This document shows positions 17,609-24,292 of a stretch of DNA of 24,292 nt, in pieces. Each line of letters begins with the position of its first letter. Within the stretch, counting starts at the first letter, position 1. The translations under genes were made by a program, and so were the position numbers. Source of the DNA: a virus (lineage: Duplodnaviria; Caudoviricetes); the IMG/VR virus record IMGVR_UViG_3300037440_000377, positions 1 to 24,292 of that record. One strand, given 5' to 3'. The notes beneath the pieces were generated by a model, which saw only the letters and a list, made by a program, of their open reading frames with translations, ran no database searches and was not told the origin of the DNA.

Positions 17609-18792
17609 GTTCGTTCAACTCAGACGTTGACGTGACGATCGGGGTGGCGTTCGGCGACGACGTGTACGAAACGGTTCCGACGTGGGTGGACATCACCGCC
17701 GACGTGAGAGAGTTCTCCACCCGCCGCGGACGGTCGCACATCCTCGACCAGATGCAAGCCGGGGAAGCGCTCCTGACCGTGGACAACAGTTCGGGGAATT
17801 ACAACCCGGAGAACACTGCGGGCACCCACTACCCGAACGTGAAAGTGTTCAACCCGATCCGCATCCAGGCCGTCTACAACGCGGTCACCTACGACCTGTT
17901 CCGGGGGTTTGTCGAAGCGTGGACCCCTCAGGCGCAGGCGGGGGGTAAAGACCAGACGGTCCAGGTGAAGTGTGTGGACGCGTTCCGACTGTTCGCGATG
18001 CATGAAGAAGATTTAACCGAATCGGCGGAGTTCACCGGGACCCGTATCGGCAACCTTTTGGATACTGCGGGTTGGCCTGCCGGGTGGAGGGATTTGGACA
18101 CGGGCAACCACATGGTCCAGGCATTGTCCGCCGAATTCGACAGTGTGCTCGGTCAAATCCACCGTTCAGTCCTTGTCGAACAAGGGTTGTTCTACATTGC
18201 TGGTGACGGCACCGCCGTGTTTCTGGACGGCAACACCCGTATCCAAGACAAAGCCTCTCCCACAGCAACGTTCTCCGACGATGGCAACGACCTGCGGTAT
18301 GTGGATTTGGTGTTGTCGTACGACGACGAACAACTCTGGAACAAGGCTTCCGTCACCCGTGTCGACGGGACAACCCAATCTGACACGGATTCGACTTCGG
18401 TGGCGGCGTACGGCCAACGGGATTTGCACTTGTCCGAAACTTTGCATGTTGCTGATGGTGAGAGTTTGGCGTTGTCGCAGTGGCTGGTGATGGAAAACAA
18501 GGATGTTCGGGTGCGTGCCCCGGAACTGGTGGTGAAACCAGAAGACGACCCTACGAACCTGTGGCCGAAAGCTCTTGGTCTTGAACTGTTGGACCGGGTA
18601 AACATCGAACGTGCTTTCACCGGCGACGATCTCGACGAGGACTGCCATGTTGAAGGTGTGACCCATGATGTTCGGATGGTTGGTGGAAGGTCTTGGACCA
18701 CCTCCTTCCAATTGTCGCCTGCTCTTCCGTTCGACGACTGGTGGATTCTCGGGACCTCCGAGCTGGGCACATCGACGAGATTGGGGTATTAG
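17605..18792 (+). CDS. Minor tail / baseplate hub protein
   Basis: Follows TMP; WVDIT.DV....TRRGR, AGE..LTVDN, LFRGFV..W, S...YG, VEGVTH, W.T.F.LSP, LGTS.LG..T.LGY. Confidence 0.85.
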   Translation: MSSFNSDVDVTIGVAFGDDVYETVPTWVDITADVREFSTRRGRSHILDQMQAGEALLTVDNSSGNYNPENTAGTHYPNVKVFNPIRIQAVYNAVTYDLFRGFVEAWTPQAQAGGKDQTVQVKCVDAFRLFAMHEEDLTESAEFTGTRIGNLLDTAGWPAGWRDLDTGNHMVQALSAEFDSVLGQIHRSVLVEQGLFYIAGDGTAVFLDGNTRIQDKASPTATFSDDGNDLRYVDLVLSYDDEQLWNKASVTRVDGTTQSDTDSTSVAAYGQRDLHLSETLHVADGESLALSQWLVMENKDVRVRAPELVVKPEDDPTNLWPKALGLELLDRVNIERAFTGDDLDEDCHVEGVTHDVRMVGGRSWTTSFQLSPALPFDDWWILGTSELGTSTRLGY

Positions 18793-19320
18793 ATGCCGGT
18801 CTCTAACGGTCAGGTCGGCCGCTACGACATACGCCGGGAAGCGGTCCACTCTGACCACATCATCGACGACGCCGTTATCACAGCGAAGATTCCTGACTTG
18901 GCGGTGACGTTCCCTGACAAAATCGACGACCCGACTTGGACGTTGGCTTGGGAGACGGAACCGTGGGACGGGGCGACAATTGACACGACCCAAACGGAGC
19001 ACACTTCTGCCACCATCGACGTTCCGGCCTGGGTGGATGCCGTGTCCATATTAGCGATCGCAACCTTGCAGGCCAGCAACGTTTCGGGGAGCACTCAAAA
19101 CTTCACGGTCTACTTGCAGATAGACGGTTCGGCGCAGGGCGGTCGAACTATCACTGTGCCGAATAACTCGACCGGGGCAGTGGACGACGTGGAGGTTCGG
19201 AACCTTGTCGGTGTGGCTGGTAGTTCGTTCGACATTGGCGTGTTCGCGTTCTCGAACGGCGGGAGCCACACCTTCAACTTTGGGCGTGCATGGGGTATTG
19301 CTGTGGGGGGCCGCGGATGA
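18793..19320 (+). CDS. Minor tail protein
   Basis: 175 aa beta-rich; I.D.AVITAKI.DLAVT fibre-type motif; in tail-tip cluster. Confidence 0.7.
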   Translation: MPVSNGQVGRYDIRREAVHSDHIIDDAVITAKIPDLAVTFPDKIDDPTWTLAWETEPWDGATIDTTQTEHTSATIDVPAWVDAVSILAIATLQASNVSGSTQNFTVYLQIDGSAQGGRTITVPNNSTGAVDDVEVRNLVGVAGSSFDIGVFAFSNGGSHTFNFGRAWGIAVGGRG

Positions 19321-19730
19321 TCGAACCCACAGAGCAGGGTTGGCTGGTCGCATACAACAACCGGTTCTACCACATAACGGAAGCGTGGTGTGAGGAGATG
19401 TTCCGCCACCAGATCAAACCCCGGAAGGCGAAAGAGGACGGCCGGGACGTGTTAGCGGATGGGGAAAAGGCGTTCAACAAACTCCGCTATGCGGTCACCC
19501 ACGACGGGTCGGGCGAGGACGTGTACCGGCTGCTGGTCGAATTCCGGGAAGCCCTAACCGGCAACCTGAAAGCCCGTAGGGCTCACGGTTTGAAACCGGT
19601 GACGAAAGACGGCGACGAGGATCTGCGGGCTGTCACCGCCGGTGAACCGGTCCGACCGTGGAACGCAAAACCTACCCGTTCCAAAGAGTTGGACGATTTC
19701 GTTAGGAGGGCCCGTGAAACGCGCAAGTGA
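19317..19730 (+). CDS. Hypothetical protein (137 aa)
   Basis: ATG 19317 in ATGA overlap; charged, helical. Confidence 0.7.
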   Translation: MIEPTEQGWLVAYNNRFYHITEAWCEEMFRHQIKPRKAKEDGRDVLADGEKAFNKLRYAVTHDGSGEDVYRLLVEFREALTGNLKARRAHGLKPVTKDGDEDLRAVTAGEPVRPWNAKPTRSKELDDFVRRARETRK

Positions 19731-20112
19731 AACCGACAGGCTCCTCGTCAAATCTTCTGTAGTGCGGCTTCTTGATCCACTCATTTCGAGGGAAGACGCC
19801 ATCAGGGTTGCAGCCGCGGGGAGGGTCGCGGAAACAGGACGGTCAGACAAACCAGTGTTGGCTTACATAAACGACTCCCGTTGGGTGGCTAACTGTGAGT
19901 GCGGCGGCGGTGAGCTCGTATCCGAAGGGCAGGAAATGCTGTGCGGTTCGTGTGGGGTTGTTTCCCCGGTTAAATTCCCAACCAAGAAAAAGGTCGAGCA
20001 GCTTGAACGGTTGTTGGAGGTTCGTCCGGTGAGGAGCCGCAACTGGAACCTCGAAGAAACGGTTGATGAACTGTTAGCGCAGAACATTGAACACGGGATT
20101 GGGGACATCTAA
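19714..20112 (+). CDS. Zinc-ribbon-like protein (CxC...CxxC) in tail module
   Basis: AGGAGG RBS + GTG 19714; AYINDSRWVANCECG...LCGSC...RP..RNW..EETV..L.AQNIEHG. Confidence 0.75.
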   Translation: MKRASETDRLLVKSSVVRLLDPLISREDAIRVAAAGRVAETGRSDKPVLAYINDSRWVANCECGGGELVSEGQEMLCGSCGVVSPVKFPTKKKVEQLERLLEVRPVRSRNWNLEETVDELLAQNIEHGIGDI

Positions 20113-20651
20113 TGGCTTGGACAACACCAAGAACTTGGGTGACCTCAGAAGTGGTGACGGCCTCCCACATGAACACCCACGTCCGTGACAATCTCAACGA
20201 GACAGCCCCAGCTAAGGGGGCTGGTGCTGGTGCTATCTACGTTTCGGAAGGGTCGAACAGTATTGTGGGGCGGACGCTCGGAGACGCCGAGGTCGCGACC
20301 ACGGAGTCGACCGCTTCCACTTCGTACACAAACCTGGCAACGACCGGACCGGGAACGTCGAGAACGACCGGGACCAAAGCGCTGGTGTTGTTGGGTGCTG
20401 CAATGCGTGTCAACTCGGCCGACGCCCGCGTGTTCATGAGTATCGAAGTGACAGGGGCCACTGCCGTGTCCGCAACGGACAGCCTGTCCATTAATATGAC
20501 CATGCCCACTGCGTCCACGTTCTCCGAAGTAGGCCACCACCTTTTCTACTCGTCGTTGACGGCAGGGGTTAACACGTTCACCGCCAAATACCGGACGACT
20601 GCAGGCACCGCCGACTTCGCCCGACGCCGTATCCTGGTTATCCCCCTCTAA
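20112..20651 (+). CDS. Tail fibre / receptor-binding-like minor tail protein
   Basis: MAWTTPRTWV..EVVTA..MN..VRDN N-terminal anchor pattern; Thr-rich beta C-terminal domain ending LTAG.NTFTAKYR. Confidence 0.75.
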   Translation: MAWTTPRTWVTSEVVTASHMNTHVRDNLNETAPAKGAGAGAIYVSEGSNSIVGRTLGDAEVATTESTASTSYTNLATTGPGTSRTTGTKALVLLGAAMRVNSADARVFMSIEVTGATAVSATDSLSINMTMPTASTFSEVGHHLFYSSLTAGVNTFTAKYRTTAGTADFARRRILVIPL

Positions 20652-21194
20652 CTAGTACGACACGACCATGAACCAGATATTGGTAACCGACGTCGCCAAC
20701 TCGGCGTAGACCGCCGGGTTGTTCACATACAATCTCTGCCCGTCCTTGTAGAAGTAGATGTTCGAGACCAGCCCACCACCCGACAACCCGATTTCGATGT
20801 CCAGGCGTGCCAGGGTTTCATCGACGGTGACCGAAGTGGTTATCACGTTGTTGATTGTCGTGTCACGTTCCACCGTCAGACACCCGCAGACCGGGTTGAT
20901 GTAGGCGGCAGCCACCCCGACCGGTGTGTGCGACGTGTTGTCGAGGATCGACACCCCTTCGGGTTCGAGCCGGATCACCGCACCCGAAATTTGGATGTCC
21001 TCCTGGGTGAGGCTATCGGACTGTGCTTCGCCTGCTAACCACATGAAAGCGATCAGGGCGAACAGCAGGGTGAAGGAGACGGTCAGGAACCGTCTTGGAC
21101 TGCGAGGGGTTCTGTGAGCTGCGCTGCACACTCCGACCCTGGGGTCGTATGTGAGCTGGTCACAAACCTGACATCTGACTAGTACGGTACTCAT
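20652..21194 (-). CDS. Inverted gene encoding a membrane-anchored/secreted protein
   Basis: Only complete credible minus-strand gene; AAAGGAAG RBS upstream of ATG 21194 (alt GTG 21203); hydrophobic FLTVSFTLLFALIAFMWLA followed by GEAQS; stop abuts the tail-fibre stop. Confidence 0.8.
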   Translation of the reverse strand: MSTVLVRCQVCDQLTYDPRVGVCSAAHRTPRSPRRFLTVSFTLLFALIAFMWLAGEAQSDSLTQEDIQISGAVIRLEPEGVSILDNTSHTPVGVAAAYINPVCGCLTVERDTTINNVITTSVTVDETLARLDIEIGLSGGGLVSNIYFYKDGQRLYVNNPAVYAELATSVTNIWFMVVSY

Positions 21195-21267
21195 TGTCGA
21201 CACTTCCTTTACAAGTGTTGGCCATGCGCCCGGACTATTTGCGTAGTTGCGGGCGCCTTCTTTTCTT
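21195..21267 (+). ncRNA. Candidate antisense sRNA covering leader/RBS of the inverted gene
   Basis: Two hairpins whose four G-U pairs favour the + strand, U-rich 3' end, TACGGT -10 at 21183-21188. Confidence 0.45.
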
Positions 21268-21268
21268 C

Positions 21269-21274
21269 ACTATA
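21269..21274 (-). promoter_or_regulatory. Candidate -10 element (TATAGT) for the inverted gene
   Basis: actata on + strand in the intergenic gap ~75 nt upstream of ATG 21194; -35 weak. Confidence 0.45.
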
Positions 21275-21312
21275 CACATCGGCACCGAACACGGACGACT
21301 TGAGGGGGAATC

Positions 21313-22077
21313 ATGGCTACGTCAACACAACTCCGGTCGTGGTGGGCTACCTACCGGTGCAACACATCGAAGATGGTCCGGGTCGACTTCCCCGGCAGCG
21401 ACAAGGTGTGGAGTCTCCTCGTCGCCTCCGAGGCAGCCCCGGCGTGGCGTCTCTTCGCCGACCTGATGACGAAACACAACTACTTATTCCTCGAGACCGC
21501 GGGTGGGACTTACAACTGCCGGCTGATAGCCGGGACAAGCTCGTACAGCCTCCACTCCTACGGGACGGCTGTTGATCTGAACCCGTCGAAGAACCCGTTC
21601 GGTAAGCCGCTCCGCCACAACTACCCGCAAGCTTTCATCAATGACGTGCTCGCACAGAAGGCTAAGGACGGCACACCGCTGTTTCGTTGGGGTGGAGGCT
21701 GGGCAACCCCGGACGCGATGCATTGGGAGATCAACTGCGCCCCCGCACAAGTTCCGCCATACGAAGGAGAAGATATGACCGAGATCGTCATGGACATTCA
21801 GAAGAACCTCAACGCCGCTGGGTTCAAAGGGGCTAACGGGCTGGTGTTGACAGTCGATGGGATCTGGGGGGCCAACACAGCCTTTGCCCACCAGTCGATG
21901 TGCAAGGCCAAGGGAGCACCAGGCCCGGCAGGTCCCGCAGGCCCGAAAGGCGCGACCGGGGCTACCGGGGCTACCGGCCCGGCAGGCCCGAAAGGTGCCA
22001 CCGGGCTCGCAGGCCCGAAGGGTGCTGACGGAAAACCGGCCACGCTCACCATCACCAGCGACGTGACCATCCCATAG
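21313..22077 (+). CDS. Endolysin: M15-family Zn peptidase + peptidoglycan-binding domain + collagen-like tail
   Basis: YNCR...SLHSYGTAVDLN (SxH..D), WGGGW..PDAMHWEI; IQKNLN..GF...LTVDGIWG.NT PG-binding motif; (Gly-X-Y)14. Confidence 0.92.
   Translation: MATSTQLRSWWATYRCNTSKMVRVDFPGSDKVWSLLVASEAAPAWRLFADLMTKHNYLFLETAGGTYNCRLIAGTSSYSLHSYGTAVDLNPSKNPFGKPLRHNYPQAFINDVLAQKAKDGTPLFRWGGGWATPDAMHWEINCAPAQVPPYEGEDMTEIVMDIQKNLNAAGFKGANGLVLTVDGIWGANTAFAHQSMCKAKGAPGPAGPAGPKGATGATGATGPAGPKGATGLAGPKGADGKPATLTITSDVTIP
21913..22038 (+). repeat. Collagen-like Gly-X-Y x14
   Basis: GAP GPA GPA GPK GAT GAT GAT GPA GPK GAT GLA GPK GAD GKP, uninterrupted. Confidence 0.95.
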
Positions 22078-22146
22078 ATGCCCCGCAGATGGGCCGCGCT
22101 CCGCGTCTTCTTTGGGAGAAACGAACTCAAACCGAAAGGGAACCGC

Positions 22147-22398
22147 ATGACCGTTGACCTCGACAAGACCAGTTGGCCCCCGGACCGCAAAGTGGTCTCC
22201 CAGGCTGCGGCCATGCTTATCCTGTTCGTCACAGGTGCCGTCCTCAACTCCCAAGGTGTCACCCTCGACATCCCTCTAGGGATTGAGACCGCACTCGCTG
22301 TGGTGATCGGATACCTGATCCCGAACCGGATCCGCACAGTGGTCACCGAGGAACGGGTGGAGCGCACCGTCGAGCTCGAAATCCCCGACAACGGATAG
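22147..22398 (+). CDS. Putative holin (2 TM)
   Basis: GAAAGGG RBS + ATG 22147; RKVV, two hydrophobic segments, GYLIP; directly after endolysin. Confidence 0.7.
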   Translation: MTVDLDKTSWPPDRKVVSQAAAMLILFVTGAVLNSQGVTLDIPLGIETALAVVIGYLIPNRIRTVVTEERVERTVELEIPDNG

Positions 22399-22580
22399 TG
22401 GGATGGGAAGGAGTCCTCGAAGCCCTGCCCAGTTGTGGTGTCCTCGGGGTGATCGTTGGGTTCCTCGTTTTTCTGCTGCGCCGCGAGACCGCCGACCGCG
22501 ACTACTGGCGGAGCAAGGCAATGGACGCTCTCGGACTCGGCCAGGAGGTGGCGAAAGTGGCTAAGGACCTAGTCGAATGA
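22398..22580 (+). CDS. Small membrane protein (lysis cassette)
   Basis: One TM (GVLGVIVGFLVFLL) followed by RRET.DRDYWR; overlaps holin stop. Confidence 0.75.
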   Translation: MGWEGVLEALPSCGVLGVIVGFLVFLLRRETADRDYWRSKAMDALGLGQEVAKVAKDLVE

Positions 22581-22717
22581 TCGCCTGGCTGCGCCGGCTG
22601 TTCAAGGTCGAGCACGACCGTCTCCACCTGGAAGCTGAGAGACGGGAAGAACAGTTGCGTATCGAGTTGCGTCAGCTGCGACAGCTACGTGCACAGAGGA
22701 GGGCCAATGGTGCCTAG
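22577..22717 (+). CDS. Small basic helical protein (46 aa, absent from ORF track)
   Basis: AAGGA RBS, ATGA overlap; MIAWLRRLFKVEHDRLHLEAERREEQLRIELRQLRQLRAQRRANGA; fills the gap between neighbours. Confidence 0.7.
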   Translation: MIAWLRRLFKVEHDRLHLEAERREEQLRIELRQLRQLRAQRRANGA

Positions 22718-23045
22718 CTACGTCGTTTGGATATTCGCAGGGATCATGGTGGCGGGTTGGGTGATGGTCACTTGGACTCTCGGCCAGGCCCTGGTCAACC
22801 ACCGTGTCACCGACGACCCAGAGTTGAAACGGTTCGCCCGGATCAAACTAATTCGGGAGTCGATTCTTTGGGTGGCACAGTCCGCCCTGTTCGCAGTGTT
22901 CTCCCTCGCCGCTCTGGTCCCTCCGCCCCGTCCGCCCACTATCGGGTTCATCATCATCTACGGGCTTCTCGTGGTCTCAGCAGCCATCGCGTTGCTGTCC
23001 TACCACGACTACCGGGAGATGCGCATCTTCTTCGGCGACGAATGA
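22707..23045 (+). CDS. Three-TM membrane protein
   Basis: GAGGAGG RBS + ATG 22707; three hydrophobic segments. Confidence 0.75.
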   Translation: MVPSYVVWIFAGIMVAGWVMVTWTLGQALVNHRVTDDPELKRFARIKLIRESILWVAQSALFAVFSLAALVPPPRPPTIGFIIIYGLLVVSAAIALLSYHDYREMRIFFGDE

Positions 23046-23138
23046 CCCTGCACTCCGGATCCAGAGAGAACTAAGCAAGCCGTCTACGGGCATCCTCGTA
23101 GGTCTCCGCAGGTCACAGGCCAGAAAAGGAGCAGATAA

Positions 23139-24032
23139 TTGAGACGTTTCCTACCCGATGCAGTCCTGGCGATTCTCGTCGTGTCCACTGTGGCCATTGC
23201 TCAACAGTCGGTGCCACCGGGGAACCTGGAGAACTGTGTGGAGGTCCCCGAGCATGACAAGGTGCTATGCGATCGGGTCGACGTGACCACCACCACCGAG
23301 GCGACAACTACGACGGCTCAGCCCACCACGACCACAGAGGCGACCACCACAACCACGGCACCAACGACCACAACGAGTACAACTAGTACAACCACGAGTA
23401 CGCACGTACCCGGCCTGGTGATCCCTCCGACCCAGCCCTACCCGGGCGGGCTTGACGCCAACGGCGGGTACACCATCATCGCTTCCAACGCTGCGACTGG
23501 AACGGTCTGGTGGTCCGCTGATTATCTGGGAACCAACCTTCCCTACCAGCCGGGGTCGAAGTGGATCGACGGGGACCGGCAGGGTTACGCCTGCGGTTAC
23601 GGGTTCATCGTGGCTGCTGACGGCAGCATCGATGGCCGGTTCGCATTCGTCCGCCCACCCAACCAGGCGTACGGCAAGGTCAACGATAGGTACATGTCAG
23701 AAGGGCAAAGGTATCTAGGTGGCTCAATCAACACCGCGGGCGGACAGGAGATCCAGGACGAGGACTGCACCGACGTCCTCTCAGATATCGACTACACGAA
23801 CGCTTGTCGCCCAGTCGATGAACGACCTCGTGTGGCCTTCTTTGATGTGGACGGGGAAGTCTTGGACATACGTGACTACACCAACACTGACGCCACCAAC
23901 GTCGTGTTCAACCTCCACTCCGTATCCGAGAATCGGGTGACGGTCATCGCCTGCGAAGACGGGCTGGTGGGGATGATCGTCTACTACGACTCGATGGGTG
24001 ACGGGCAGGTCGCCGCGGAGCTCAACGAGTAG
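23139..24032 (+). CDS. Secreted protein with Thr-rich linker
   Basis: AAAAGGAG RBS + TTG; signal peptide MRRFLPDAVLAILVVSTVAIA; 39-aa linker with 27 Thr; Cys-containing C-terminal domain. Confidence 0.85.
   Translation: MRRFLPDAVLAILVVSTVAIAQQSVPPGNLENCVEVPEHDKVLCDRVDVTTTTEATTTTAQPTTTTEATTTTTAPTTTTSTTSTTTSTHVPGLVIPPTQPYPGGLDANGGYTIIASNAATGTVWWSADYLGTNLPYQPGSKWIDGDRQGYACGYGFIVAADGSIDGRFAFVRPPNQAYGKVNDRYMSEGQRYLGGSINTAGGQEIQDEDCTDVLSDIDYTNACRPVDERPRVAFFDVDGEVLDIRDYTNTDATNVVFNLHSVSENRVTVIACEDGLVGMIVYYDSMGDGQVAAELNE
23286..23402 (+). repeat. Thr-rich low-complexity repeat (TTTTEATTTT...)
   Basis: ACN codon runs; TTTTEATTTT occurs twice. Confidence 0.9.
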
Positions 24033-24141
24033 AAAGGTTCCGGGGCGGTCGCTGCCTCCCATTTCCCCACGGGTGCTTCCGCCCCGGTCTTCCCCCTCTG
24101 CTAACATACCCCATCCGTAGACAGCGGTGATTGCTGCAGTA

Positions 24142-24175
24142 GCCCCTCTCCTTTCGAGGAGGGGGGCATTTCTTT
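24142..24175 (+). terminator. Intrinsic terminator, possibly bidirectional, at end of late region
   Basis: gcccctctcct-TTCG-aggaggggggc followed by atttcttt; lies between convergent genes. Confidence 0.85.
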
Positions 24176-24292
24176 ATGCCGACTCGGCGAGCATCCGGTC
24201 GGTGTACGTCCGGTCAGCGTAGATGTCGTAGTGGGTGGCGATCATCCGGTCCAAGGTGGCACGGGTCACCTGGTCGGCCCGGACCAACAGCA
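24174..24292 (-). CDS. 3' end of a convergent gene truncated by window edge
   Basis: Open frame ...LLVRADQVTRATLDRMIATHYDIYADRTYTDRMLAESA-TAA ending at the terminator; GC-rich third positions. Confidence 0.6.
   Translation of the reverse strand, partial: LLVRADQVTRATLDRMIATHYDIYADRTYTDRMLAESA

Larger units (their letters stand above)
1..24292 (+). mobile_element. Tailed (siphovirus-like) phage/prophage late region: packaging, head, tail and lysis modules
   Basis: Canonical order terminase-portal-protease-capsid-adaptor-tail tube-tape measure-lysin-holin; genes coupled by ATGA/GTGA overlaps; no sheath gene. No integrase/att in the window, so prophage vs free phage is undetermined. Confidence 0.97.

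Noticed and set aside
230-19002. Long minus-strand ORFs (e.g. 230-1231, 3272-4195, 15836-16918, 18166-19002)
   Set aside because: Antisense shadows of GC-rich genes with clear + strand motifs; no recognisable domains.
21484-22391. Minus-strand ORFs with GPAGP-like repeats
   Set aside because: Mirror of the collagen codons of the endolysin.
23042-23074. 10-codon ORF MTLHSGSREN overlapping the upstream stop
   Set aside because: Too short to support; no clear RBS.
1-24292. CRISPR array, tRNA, DGR repeats/reverse transcriptase, integrase/att, introns or inteins
   Set aside because: None seen by eye: repeats are coding and degenerate, and terL, portal and capsid are normal length. A computational repeat/tRNA scan was not possible.

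Overview
A continuous, almost entirely + strand virion-morphogenesis and lysis region of a GC-rich tailed phage or prophage. The gene families and Thr-rich secreted protein point to an actinobacterial host (inference). Order: small/large terminase, portal, HK97-type prohead protease, major capsid; a four-gene sugar-modification cassette (double-domain GT-A glycosyltransferase, CmcI-family O-methyltransferase, second GT2, NAD-dependent epimerase); small structural genes and a 781-aa Ser/Thr/Ala-rich repeat fibre with a LamG/ConA-like domain; head-tail adaptor, tail terminator, two tandem paralogous tail-tube genes, short tape measure, tail-tip genes; one inverted secreted-protein gene with a candidate antisense RNA; an M15-peptidase endolysin with a collagen tail and an internal start; holin-like membrane genes; a Thr-rich secreted protein; terminators. 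The best candidates for something new are the putative virion/fibre glycosylation-plus-methylation system inside the head module, the antisense-RNA-controlled inverted gene, the collagen-tailed two-product endolysin and the duplicated tail tube. All calls come from motifs and synteny read by eye; no database searches were run.
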